This document shows, in pieces, positions 1 to 11,960 of a DNA stretch of 48,884 nucleotides; within the stretch, counting starts at the first letter, position 1, and each line of letters begins with the position of its first letter. The stretch is from Catajapyx aquilonaris (lineage: Eukaryota), in the NCBI GenBank assembly GCA_000934665.2, contig JYFJ02002919.1, positions 1-48,884 of the forward strand, given 5' to 3'. The notes below the pieces were generated by a model. The model worked only from the letters and a program-made list of their open reading frames with translations, had not been told where the DNA came from and ran no database searches. Both the position numbers and the translations under genes were made by a program.

Positions 1-1097
1 AATCGGCCATTGCTTTTACAGCATTCCTTCGAGTCCTTGCTCCGAATACCTTCAGTTGATTGATCACAAAAGACAGTTTGTAACGGGACCTAAAAATCCT
101 TGCGCGTTTTCTGCAACTTCCTGGCTGGGAAATATATGGTCAAAGGGAGGGTGATATCCACCCTTCTTGTCTTGACCATATTCACACGCTAACAAGTTAA
201 ACGATTTGGAACGAACTTGAGCAAGACTAGGAAATGCGTGTGCACGTGCATATAATAATAATTGACAAAAAAAAAGAAGCCTGTTTTTTTGTGTGTGTGT
301 CTGTGTGTCGTATAGTATAGTACCGTAGTACCGTAGCGAGGAAGGTAAAAGTACTTTTTAAGAGCGGGTTGAGGGTCGCAACTTCTAACTCTTCCAACTA
401 CTTTCACTTTCTTCCTTGGTTTCGGTTGGATATTGCATCCTAAACACGTTTTGCCGTAACCTGATTTGCACTCGCATAATTTGCTTTCGCACAAAAAATG
501 TCTGGTCTATTGAGGAAAACGGACAGTCAGTTTTTGTTATGTTCCATTGGTCGTGTTTCGTAACTTTGTTGCGTAATTTGGTTGATTGGATTATGTGATA
601 AGATGCAGCACTTTGCTAATTATTTAACTGCCGTTTTACATTGCTTTTTGCTCAAGAATGAAAGCGAAGTTGTAACTATATGCATTACGTATGTGAAGAA
701 ATGTAGATAATATAATGTGAAACCAAGGTAAAATGTGCGCAAAAATAATTAGCTATTCCTGATACTTTATAAATGATATTAGTTTGATAATAGGCTACAC
801 AAAATTAAGTTACCTGGAAGTTAATCAACACAGTTTTGCTATACTTGTACAGCTTCTTAAACCATGCACGTTACACTACTAATTAATAATCCATTAATTT
901 GCAAACGAGACATTACATTAACACTTTTTTTAATTAATTAATCGCCATCAAAGAAGGGAAAGTATGTAAGAAAGCAGATGTTGCACAGAATTATTAAACT
1001 CTAAGAAAAAATTATTCGCGAACATCTTTTCACATTTTGGTATGATGTCGTGGTCCTATACGACACTGTTAATCAGTGATGATGATCTTGTACTCAC

Positions 1098-1124
1098 CAG
1101 GAGGAACGCTATCCACTTTTTCAT
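1098..1124 (-). CDS. First coding exon (MKKWIAFLL) of a probable secreted-protein gene; remainder not identified, probably outside the window
   Basis: On the minus strand ATG AAA AAG TGG ATA GCG TTC CTC CTG is followed by a consensus GTGAGTA donor. TATATAAAAGG lies ~90 nt upstream (1211-1222). The peptide resembles the start of a signal peptide. Confidence 0.5.
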
Positions 1125-1210
1125 GCTGAGATGTGATGTGGGGTACTGAGGTGGGTCCCCTGTTTGGCCTCCGTGTGTCAGTCTCTCTCTGTTGGGCCCC
1201 CTGGATGACC

Positions 1211-1222
1211 TCCTTTTATATA
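1211..1222 (-). promoter_or_regulatory. TATA box of the minus-strand signal-peptide gene
   Basis: Reverse complement reads TATATAAAAGG upstream of the ATG at 1124. Confidence 0.45.
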
Positions 1223-2241
1223 GTTCACTGGTATTGGCACCTGGACAACACCATAGCCCGCCTCCTTTTTATGCCCTCACAAACAGCTATTCAATTTCCC
1301 ACCAAACACGACCTCCCTCCATAGTTTTTGTGTGTCCAAAATTTCACGTACGTTTATCACTCCAAATTGGTACCATAACCTGGTTGACTTATTAAGTGTG
1401 TACGAGCCGTATTATTTAATATCTGAAAAATGTAAGCACCTAGCTGGATTAGCAAATTTGCAATTAACTGCAATTACTGAAGCTAAAAAAATGGGTGGAA
1501 TTTTCGTCTCACTGATAGTTATTGCTAACTTGTATCATTGCATTGCCAACACTGGTTACTGATTACTGGTAACAATATATCAGTGGGACGAAAATTCTAT
1601 CCAATATGATATTAGGAACCATCCCATCACCAATTTTGTGATGTTTACACACCCCCAAATATTCGTTGAAAATTATCCCCATAATAATTCCAATTACAGC
1701 CACTTAATCACATTCCTTGAAAAAATAATTAGTTCCAAAAAAAAAAAAAAAAAAAAAAGCCGATTCAAACTATGCGCCTTCAAAAGAGCCATCAAGCGGC
1801 TTGTATCCACACTAACGGACACAAAATGGCTTCCAAATAGGCCAAACGGTGGGCCAAACCTATATGTATCTGAAATATTCAAACGGGAAAATAGGTACGG
1901 ACGCTCATACGCATCCATTGGCTGTCTGATGGGTTCTGCATTTTCATTGGTTCCGACTAGCAAGCGCTCTGCATCGATTTGGCCGTGTAATGCCCGTGTC
2001 GTCACTCCTGTGAACCCCGCACATTTCACAGTTTACCCCTCCCAGTATCCACCGGATGGCCAGCCTGCGCATGTGCCGTGACTGCTTAACCTCTCCGATT
2101 GGCTGCGACTCCAAATCCCATGGCCGTGATTGGATGTGGCGGATGTGTCTCCGTGCACGTGACGTCACATCCTCCCTGTTGAGAACACGCCGTTAGTCTC
2201 TGGCTGATCGTTTCCGGCTTTTGCTTTGGCAGCGAAGGAAG

Positions 2242-4934
2242 ATGCCGGGCTTCAGCAGGAAGGCAAGTTCTATCTATTCCCTCCTCCATTCCCCCACTAA
2301 TGTTGGCCTAAGGTCAAAGGGCAACGTTAGGCACTGATGATGAGACCAAGAGTAGGTCCAGTAGTAGCTGGAACATTCCAGCAGTGATAAAAAAAAACCT
2401 CTTGCTGAAGTGCATTCGAACATTGCGTGCATTACATGTTAGAAGTATGACCTCCCCCCAGCTAATTAGAGCTCTATTTGCAGCCGATAGTGATAGATGC
2501 GAGTGGGCATCTGCTGGGGCGGTTGGCTGCCGTCGTGGCCAAGACCGTTCTGCAGGGCAACAGGGTCGTGGTTCTACGCACCGAGCTCATCAACCTTTCT
2601 GGTAACTTCTACAGGTAAGGTTCAAGCCAGCGATTAGTCACTTGTACACTAAGACTTAATTCTGGACAAAGTCCACGAAGCCCCGCAGGGTAATTATCCA
2701 GTCTACTTGGGCGCGACGTACAGTATTCGCGGTGGGCAGACCTAGTGCTGACTTTCCAGAGTGGCAGAAAAGCAATTTGAGCTCAAACAACCGTGTATAA
2801 CAGAAGTTAAGACATTTTAACCATACCATTTTCCGATTCCGCTTTGCGACGGCCATGTTGTATACCAATAGTAGCACACTGATCGATACTATTGCGGATT
2901 AGGTGAGTTCTATGCCGATACGCTGCTGTATATTCTAACGATACGGTTCCGTAGATTCCACGTACCTTATTGCAGGTTGGGTGGGTACAAAAAAGCAGCT
3001 GCTAGCAAGAAATGATGCATCTGCTCACGATGATCTGGATAGGCACGTTTAAACATAAATTCCGCTAAATAGCCTGGAAAATGGTCCTTCGGGCCATATC
3101 TATGTAATAAGATGTAAAATTGGCGTAAGGGTACATGCTGACCAAGGAATAGGCCTACAAATTTCTAACCGGAATCCCCGTACTTTTATAGCTACACTCC
3201 TAGGCATATATCTGCTGAAGATAGGGCTGTATCTGCATGGAAGGAAGGTTAGGTTGGATTAGGTTAGACTAGGTTACCCAACCCAACCTAACCTTCCTTC
3301 CATGCCGATACAGCCCTATCTTCAGCGGATACAGACCCTATTCTAAGTGGTACACTATGCCAACACAACCTGACCTAACCTCCTTTCCTTGTGGATACAG
3401 CCCTATCTTCAGTGGATACAAGCCTATTCTATAGCAGAGCAATGGAATGTGTATACATTATGTTAAAATGTCTAACTTCAGTTCTACATGGTTGTTTGCG
3501 CTCAAATTGCTTTTCCGCTACTCGGGATAGTCAGCACTAGGTCCCTATGCACTTAGTTGAACAGTAAGTACCACCATGAACACTACATCATGCCCACCTA
3601 AACTAGATAATTACCGTCACTTGTGAAGTGAGGTGGGGCAATGATAAAAATTATTTGTAAGCCAGCACACATCAAAAGCTCAGTTTAGACGTCACATCCT
3701 GGCAGTATCCCAGGAAAATTGAATTCGTACACAGAGACTTGATTCCGGACAAAGCCCATGAAGCCCTGCAGGTTTAATTCATGTACATTGCAATGACATT
3801 GATTACTAAGGTGCTGATGATGATGATTCCACCCGGTCTATGAAAAGCTATGATTAGATCCTTTCCTTGCCAGTGAAACAACTGAAGCACTGATAAATTG
3901 CAATGCAGTTCAACTACACAAAAAAAAAGGCATCCGGATCTGTACACATGCCATTTATGCATTAATGCAAGGAACTAATTGCACTTTTTTCCCCCTAGGA
4001 ATAAGTTGAAGTTCATCGCATTCCTCCGTAAGCGATGCAATGTGAACCCAGCACGTGGCCCCTTCCATCACCGTACCCCCGGAATGATCTTCTGGAGGGC
4101 TGTGAGGGGGATGGTGCCTCACAAGACCAAGCGGGGTGACGCGGCGCTGAGGAGGATGCGTGTGTACGAGGGGTGCCCGCCACCGTATGACAAGAAGAAG
4201 AGGATGGTTGTACCAGCTGCCATGAGGATCATGTGTCTCAGGCCTGAGCGCAAGGTGAAGCACTCGATGCGATGGATTGTTGAGAAAAGATTCCCATAGA
4301 GTTGCTGAAAGTTTGCCAAATATTTTGTGGCCATCCGGACATGCAGAGCAATGATGACACTGTTTATTTTACCTTACCTAATCTGAGAAGCCTGTGCAGA
4401 TATGTCATTACTGAGCTTGCATTACTTGTGCCCTTAATTCTGGTATGCTTGTGAATTTTTTTGTATGGTTCTCATTTTCAATTCTTGTTGTAGTATTGCT
4501 ATCTGGGTCGCTTGGCCCATGAGGTGGGATGGAAGTACCAGCATGTGGTGAAGACACTTGAGATGAAGCGGAAGGTGCGGGATGCCGTTAAAAAGAAGAA
4601 GCGAGTCCAAAACAAGGTACATGCACACTGTACATTAACCTGTTTCAGAAAAATCTGCGTTGAAAAAGCTGACGTAATGCTCAATTCCTCGATGATGACG
4701 AATTACAATTCCTTACCTAATTTGTCTGATCACCGTGATCTGAAAAAGTATCTGAGAGGAACAATCAAATTGCATTACAATTGATATTACACATGATTGG
4801 TCCTAATTTATATAAACTCCTTGTTTGTTTGTTTTTTTTAACAGAAAATGAGGCGTGATGCAGAGAAGAAGGTGACGAAACAGGTTGAGGGCTTGAACAC
4901 CATTCTGAAGTCTTACGGGCACAAAATGAAATGA
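2242..4934 (+). CDS. RPL13A: 60S ribosomal protein L13a (uL13); exons 2242-2262, 2484-2614, 3999-4254, 4494-4616, 4845-4934
   Basis: Spliced product [27 protein letters not shown]...[13 protein letters not shown]...NPARGPFH...[12 protein letters not shown]...[15 protein letters not shown]...KSYGHKMK*. Splice phases are consistent. Intron 1 is GC-AG. A pyrimidine-rich leader lies at ~2211-2227. Confidence 0.97.
2331..2413 (+). ncRNA. C/D-box snoRNA, RPL13A intron 1
   Basis: Terminal stem GCACT...AGTGC enclosing box C ATGATGA, a C'-like GTGATAA and box D CTGA, ~70 nt upstream of the 3' splice site. Confidence 0.75.
2691..3613. mobile_element. Foldback/MITE-like element in RPL13A intron 2
   Basis: Imperfect inverted arms 2739-2820 / 3463-3543, extending to ~2691 / ~3613. 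An inner near-perfect hairpin at ~3208-3331 has a TTAGG/CCTAA-like centre. Confidence 0.6.
3012..3141 (+). ncRNA. Possible SNORD35(U35)-like C/D snoRNA or degenerate copy
   Basis: ATGATG (3012) followed by CTCACGATGATCTG (3024-3037), near-complementary to the conserved LSU rRNA AGACCGUCGUGAG. Box D and terminal stem are unclear; the first CTGA is at ~3138. Confidence 0.35.
3811..3890 (+). ncRNA. C/D-box snoRNA, RPL13A intron 2
   Basis: Stem GTGCT...AGCAC, box C ATGATGA, D'-like ATGA, C'-like ATGATTA, box D CTGA (3882-3885). Confidence 0.78.
4341..4422 (+). ncRNA. C/D-box snoRNA, RPL13A intron 3 (SNORD34-like guide)
   Basis: Stem ATGCA(G)AGC...GCTTGCAT, box C 4351-4357, D' CTGA 4383-4386, D CTGA 4411-4414. 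Guide CCTTACCTA is complementary to LSU UAGGUAAGG. Confidence 0.78.
4685..4761 (+). ncRNA. C/D-box snoRNA, RPL13A intron 4 (SNORD34-like guide)
   Basis: Stem TTCCTC...GAGGAA, box C 4692-4698, D' CTGA 4726-4729, C'-like GTGATCT, D CTGA 4752-4755. Guide TTCCTTACCTAATTTGT. Confidence 0.82.
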
Positions 4935-6405
4935 ACAAGGTGTATATACACAGAACCCCCAAAAGTAAAAATGGTTTCGTACACCTGAATTTGGATTTTT
5001 TAGGTCCTTGCGTATTTCCTTTTACCCTCCGCTTTCATTCCAGGGACTTGTTGCAATACTGTGTCTATCAGGGACTGCTCGTCACAATTTTGGTATGTTC
5101 GGCTAACTATAAAAAAATTTAAAATCAGCATTTTTTATGTTCATAGCGCTAATGATTTGCAAAGTTCTTAATTATCCTGTTGAGCAAGAGAAATTATTTT
5201 TTTTATTTTCGTAGGTTAATATTTAGTATAATTTATGCACTGTTTCTAATAAGACATTCCTAAACGAGTGTCTCCTAACATATGCCTTGATGCCTCCACA
5301 TCTTAAACATACACCTGTCTAGGTACGAGTGATGGGCGACCCAAAGCCACAAATGGCTTTCACCAGGTGAACAAAAAAATGAGACGGCACTAACAGGTTC
5401 ATCTTCTGCTAATGACAGACAAATCAACAGTGCAGCCGCTCCACAACTGATATCTACGCATATGGCGTGACGAAGTGGACCAAAATCCTGACAAGGCACA
5501 AAATTACTTGTCAAATTGTCAGAATGGGAATTTTTAGAAATTGTAGCGCAGGCTCTAGGTGCTACAAGATGGCAGCGAATAAAATTACTTACTGCTCATA
5601 TTTGCATCAAGTGGGACATGCCAATATTTAATATTTTGTTACAGCTTAGAAAGCATAACCAGACTAAACTTGTGTGCGCAAAAAATTCTATTCATGCGTG
5701 ATCAGTGAAAACCAATATCACACAAGAAGATCGTTTTGTATGCAAATCACATGTGATAAGGACCACATGTCCTTCCAAGCGTGGAAGAAGGCACCCAAAT
5801 CTCTTGTGTTGTGAGTGGGTGGGCCCCCCCATGGTGGGTGTCCTCTTCTTCACTTTCCCTTCAAGAAGATATTCCAGCAACAGTTGGCGGATAGGCAAGA
5901 TGAAGCTGGCACAAAAATCAGAAGAGAAATGCTTCACCAGCTTCTTAAGCGGACGTCCACCCTAGAAAGTGATTGGACATTTTTAATGTGTTGACCATTT
6001 CAAAAGAAAATTATTTTGCCCCTCCAAAAAATAATTTTTGCACGCTTTCCGTTTTTCGCGAATGGATTTTTATCACCTGACACACATGCGTAATGCGTGA
6101 GGTGCGACAATGTATTTAAGTGACACACAACTCTTGCAGTCCATGAAAACCAGCCGCATTATTATTTTTTTTCGTTTCATTCATAATTTCGCACTTTTTT
6201 TGCGCTCTTGCAAAAAAAAAATGGCGAACTCGCCCCTCCTGACAAAACGAGTTTGAGGTTCATAACCTCATAATGGTGGGAAAATTAATGTACCGCCGCA
6301 CACAATCACGGGTATGACCCCACAACATAATCCATCATTACAAATTGGTCATGTTACGGATTTTTGCAGCTGTCACGCCTTTCAAAATTTTATCTATGTA
6401 GTAAA

Positions 6406-6967
6406 GTAGTAGTAGTAGTAGTGTAGTAGTAGGAGTAGTAGTAGTATTGTAGTTGTAGTAGTAGTAGTAAGAGTATTGTTGTAGTAGTAGTAGTATTGTA
6501 GTTGTAGTAGTAGTAGTATTGTAGTTGTAGTAGTAGTAGTATTGTAGTTGTAGTAGTAGTAAGAGTATTGTTGTAGTAGTAGTTGTAGTAGTAGTGTAGT
6601 AGTAGCTGCTGCTACTACTACACTACTACTGCTGCTGTTCCTAATTACTAGTAGTAACTATTAGTAGTAGTAGTACTAGTGTAGTAGTAGTAGTAGTAGT
6701 AATTGGGAACAGCAGCAGTAGTAGTGTAGTAGCAGTAGTGTTGTAGTAGTTGCTGCTGCTACTACTACTACACTATACTACTGCTGTTCCTACTACTACT
6801 ACACCACTACTACTACTGCTGCTGCTACTACTACTACTGCTTCTGCTGCTGTTCCTACTACTACTACTACTACTACTACTACACTGCTGCTGCTGCTACT
6901 ACGACGACTACTGCTGCTGTTGTTGTTGTTACTACTGCTGCTGCTGCTCCTGCTGCTGCTGCTGTTC

Positions 6968-7018
<51 letters not shown>

Positions 7019-7090
7019 TTGTTCCTACTACAACTACTACTACTACCACCACTACCAAGAGCTCTTGCTACTACTAAGTTACTACTACTA
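6406..7090. repeat. Compound trinucleotide microsatellite (GTA/TAG switching to CTA/CTG)
   Basis: Directly visible; orientation switches around 6600-6750. Confidence 0.95.
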
Positions 7091-7454
7091 GACTTCTTCA
7101 TGTGGTGCAAAAGTTGAGATCGAACAATTTCACTAACATTTATTATTAATAATTTTAATGGCACAATTTCTTTTAAATATTTCGAGTCCACTGGAATCAG
7201 TGGAACGGAACCGTATGCAATTTGCATGGAGTTACATTCAGCACATGATGTGTGGAAAGCTTGCAGCCTCTTCTTCACCATGATGATGATGATGATGATG
7301 ATGAAGAGTGGTCGTATTTGCTGAAAGGATGGGTGGGTGGAGGAAGTGAGGGAAAGGTATAGAGGGGAGGAGGGGAATAAGGGAGACAACAAAAAGGCAT
7401 AAAAATGGGGGTGGTCGACACAGTTTGGGAGCAGTTGGGAAAGAAGGATCCAAG

Positions 7455-10095
7455 ATGATGGTGACCCTGGCTGGACACATCGCACTGGTGAGTAGTACAG
7501 TAGTAACATCTTAACAATAATATATTGCACATTGTTAATCTCTATGAAATGAATGAATGTTTATTCCCTTCTGCTGGACACCTATTGGTGTTTTATAAGG
7601 GTGACCGCTTTTAAGTACATTTTAATCTCTATGAAATGTTGAATGAATCACTTTCGAGAAAAATGCAGATATAAAATAGCAATACTGAAAATCATATGTA
7701 GATTTGGCTCGGGTCTATGACTCTGTCCGCGGTGAGTCATCAGTAGTGCACCATCTATGTGAGACGTACGTCCACAGCTGGCTGGGGACAGTTGCCAAGT
7801 TTTGGCAAAGGGTTTACTCTCGTGCTAGACTATAGATAAATTTATTGTTAAAGAAGTTTGTTTTAATGCAGATTAATATAATTATGATATCACAGCGTAT
7901 GTGACATACATGTTTACAAGCTGCAATTTATTTGATTTTTTTTCGGCCATAATATTTCGACTGGCAGATTTTTAAAATATGAAGATTAAAGAGCGTGATA
8001 TTATTAAAAACTGCTTGGTACTAATTGCTCGGTGCAAATTTTTAATTAATTGCCTGCCTGGATCTCCGCACGCAAAAGCAAACTCGCTTATCTATAAAAA
8101 TGCATCAAGTACAGTGCATATTAAAATTGCCCCCGCGTAAAATTAACCTTCAAAAACTTGAATTTTACGACCCAGCAATCTGCGTGTCCAAGGTAAAGGT
8201 TCCGTCTCTGGGAAAAGAAGACGAGAAAAAAAAAAAGTTGGAAGCCAGGGAGCAGCATACAAGTCACGATTTGCTAATTTAGAAAGCCAGTAAGTCCATC
8301 TTTTCCTACTTGCATTACACCCCTTTTACTTTTCCCACATCACTTTTTTTTACTTTTTCATTTTTTTTAAGCTGGTAAGTTTCGAAAATGAAATTAAAAT
8401 AAACGTGTAAGCGTGAATTAGTGAAAGCAGCATACTTTGCATACAAGGTTGCTAGAGCAGTTAAAATTGTGACTAGGCTACTATGTGACACCCTGTAGCT
8501 TAATGGCTAGGCGTGACTGTCCCTTCACGTAGACTCATCACCTAGGTGCATGTTAGTTGCCAGTTGACTGCTAGTAATTGACTTTGTGGTTCGCAGGTGT
8601 GCTTCTTTTGCTTGTTGGCTGCTGTAAGTGCGGGCAAGTACGCCTCTGGTAAGTACTACCAGTACGCCGACGTACCAGGATGGGGCGAGTATGAGTTCGG
8701 GTACCACAGAGGCAACGAGTACCACAACATCGGAAGAAACGAGAAGGCCAAGAAGTGGAATTTTAAAACGCAGGTTAATATTTTGGACATTGTGACTCAC
8801 CCTATACTATACACTCTTAAAATCACGCATAGAATCACGCTTATATTTATACGCGACGGTATGGATCACGCTTATATTTATACGCGACGGTATGAATCAC
8901 GCTTATATTTATACGTGACAGTATAGGAAAATTTATTTTTATACTCACAGGATGGGATCATGTATTTTTACACGTGACAGTATGGGATCACCCATATTTT
9001 ATGCGTGCCATTATAGTATCACGCATATATATATACGTGACGGTATGGGATCACCCATGTTATACGTGACAGTATAGGAAAATTCACATTTCTATACTAA
9101 CAGGATGGGATCATGTATTTTTACACGCGACAGTATGGGATCACGCTTAGAACAAGCATGATAATATGGGATCACGCTTAAAATATACGTGACAGTATGG
9201 GATCACTCATATTTTATGCGTGACATTATAGTATCACCCATGTTATACGTGACAGTGTAGGAAAATGCATATTATTATATTAACAGGATGGGATCATGTA
9301 TTTTTACACGTGACAGTACAGTATCACCAAAGGGTATCACGCATATTTTATACGTGGGGGTACGGAATCACGCATATTTTTATACGTGACATTATAGGAT
9401 CACGTATAATTTTATATATTTTATATATTTTATATATACTTACAGTATCATCGCATATTTAAGCGTGACAATATGGGATCACGCATATGTTTATGCGTGA
9501 TTAGGGTTTTATCCTTGTTGTCATCCTATACTAATAGTACAATGCATGTCCTGTGCAGGTCAAATGGCAGGACAAGAAGGGAGGATACGGCCACCATCTG
9601 TGGGACTACAACCATGGGAGTCATGACAAGCACAAGTGGCATGACGAAGGCATGTATGGTAAGGGGTACGGCGACATCGGTTCCGGTACTTCAGGACACG
9701 CAACCTTCAAGAGTCTGGGTTACTCCGGGTACCGACCGGTTGCAGACTACGCCTCCAGTTACACAATAAAGAGCAACAAGAAGGGCAAACGGTACAAGAG
9801 CAGGACACACCAGACGGTACCGGTGCCCACACCCCATCAGGAAGACGAGACGTACGTGCTGGAGTACGCCGAGCCCATACCTGCCGTGGCTGATCACGAT
9901 GAGTACCAGTACCAGCCGGATCACTACGATGATCACCACCACCACCAAGATGATCACTATCAACACGATGCTGATGACCTGGGTGCTTTTGCAGCATCCG
10001 GACTGGCTGACTTCCACGTCGGTATGCCCGAAGAGATACGTGTACCTGCCACGGTCAAGAAACCTAAACGCAAACCGTACCTGACCTACCATTAA
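7455..10095 (+). CDS. Secreted His/Asp/Tyr-rich protein (~248 aa), function unknown, possibly cuticle-associated; exons 7455-7487, 8597-8773, 9559-10095
   Basis: Signal peptide MMVTLAGHIAL|VCFFCLLAAVSA is split by a phase-0 GTGAGT intron. Core EYEFGYHRGN...FKTQ|VKWQDKKGGYGHHLWDYNH, then a His/Asp-rich tail. AATAAA at 10251-10256. Confidence 0.8.
8810..9500. repeat. Degenerate ~30-bp minisatellite (GTGACAGTATGGGATCACGCATATTTTATAC-like) filling intron 2 of the secreted-protein gene
   Basis: Repeated motif directly visible. Confidence 0.85.
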
Positions 10096-10419
10096 GTTGA
10101 ATCTGTATGTACCATTGTCATTGTTAAGCTGATAGCGAAGTCTATGGGAATTGTTCACACCAGCAAACCATTAGAAGCCCAGACTTTTTTTTAGTATATT
10201 AATTTTTATAGTTCCCCCAAATTGTTGTTGTATCGCACTTGTTATGGGTCAATAAAGTTTGTTTCGTTATGCATTGTACTTGAAGTTTATGCAGCTCTTG
10301 TTTGACTCGGGCATTGAAGTCTCCGTCTAATCCAAATTAGCTAATTGCTAGTTGTTTGATAAATTGTTCAGTATGGCACGAGATAAACTAGCAAGAAAAT
10401 TAATTAATTAAATAATTAT

Positions 10420-11270
10420 CGCACTATTGTTTGCAAATTGCGCGCAAAAATCCCGCAGTATTTAATTAAAAACTCATTAATAATGTGCCGACCCGTTGCT
10501 CATTCGGGCATTGAAGTCTACTTAATTGTTACTGGTTATTCAACAAAATTCGCAATATATCATTTGGTATTTTGGCACTGTTGCTTGCAAATGCGGCGCA
10601 AAAATCCATCGCAATTTTTAAACATTAAAACTCGTTGCATACTCGGGAATATTTGAAGTCTCTTAAATTTTTACTGGTTATTTAACAAAATTCGCAATAT
10701 ATCACTTGGTATCTAAATGAAATAAATTTCGACAAATTATATCCGCACTATTGATTGCAAATTCCGCACAAAAAATTCCTCGCAAAGTAAAATTAATACT
10801 CGTTGCACATTCGGGAATAATTGAAGTCTCTTACTGGGTTATTTGACGAAATTAGCAATATTCACTTGGTATATAAATTAAACAGATTTTGACAAATTAT
10901 ATCCGCACTATTGATTGCAAATTTCGCACAAAAATCCCGCGTAATTAAAAAAATTACAACCCGTTGCATATTCGGGAATAATTGCAGTCTCTTACTGGTT
11001 ATTTGACGAAATTAGCAATATTCACTTGGTATAGTATAAATTAAACATATTTTGACAAATTATATCCGCACTATTGATTGCAAATTTCGCACAAAAATCC
11101 TGCGTAATTTTTTGAAAAGTAATACTCGTTGCATATTCGCGAATAATTGAAATCTCCTTAATTTTTAGTGGTTATTTGACGAAATTAGCAATATCACTTG
11201 GTATCTAAATTTTGACACATTTATATCCGCACTATTGCTTCCAAATTTCGCTCGCAAAAAAATCCTGCAA
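10420..11270. repeat. ~160-bp tandem repeat, about 5 copies
   Basis: GCACTATTGATTGCAAAT...CTCGTTGCATATTCGGGAATA...CACTTGGTAT recurs near 10421, 10575, 10744, 10904, 11067 and 11228. Confidence 0.85.
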
Positions 11271-11960
11271 TTTTCTCATTAAAAAACTGTGGTAAATGCA
11301 CCGATCCAAATTGCAAGCCACCTGACTTATGGGTGCAACGCCTCCCTAATTATTTTTTTTCTCTCTCGTTCACAATGAGCCGCATTTTCTTAGCCCAACT
11401 AGTTTTATTTCCCCCCCCCCCCTCACCCCATTGTGTCTACAAAAAAAAATGCCCCCCCCCCCCGGCCCCTTCCCCAATTTTTGGGAGAGCATTCCAACCT
11501 AGCAAAATCCTTTGGAGAAGAGGTGGAACCTTATACTTATCCCATCATCCAATCCTGCACCATGATATCGAAGGGGGGGATCGTGAGGATCTTGCCAAGA
11601 TACAACCTCATCATCATCATGGGCATAGAAAAACCCAATCTTGTAAAAAAAAAAAACCATTTTAAACCACCCCCCTGAAGACATTAAAGAGCTGGCCAAA
11701 AATTTCTGGAAGGGAAGAAAAAAAATGTTTAGTCAGATGGATGAAGTTGAGTAGTGATGGTGTCCTCTTTTCGTCTTCTTAGTTCTTCTTCTCAACAGCC
11801 CCTGGAGCCATTATTTCCACCTCCTCCTCCTCCACCACCACCACTGTTGAGAAGAAGAAAGATCCAGCTGACCAATCCGAGAATGGTCCCAATTGGCCCC
11901 AAGGCCTGCCTTCCCCGTCACCTGCTGAGAGTGGTGGAGTCCACCTGGCTTGCTTTCAAG

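Noticed and set aside
63..186. Minus-strand QDKKGGY peptide resembling the secreted protein at 9559
   Set aside because: Only 7 residues match, flanking motifs are absent, and the frame is incompatible with the phase-0 exon at 1098-1124.
5200..6400. Short ORFs between RPL13A and the microsatellite
   Set aside because: No recognisable domain or consistent splice pattern.
6750..7532. Poly-Leu/Cys/Tyr/Ser ORFs
   Set aside because: Translations of microsatellite sequence.
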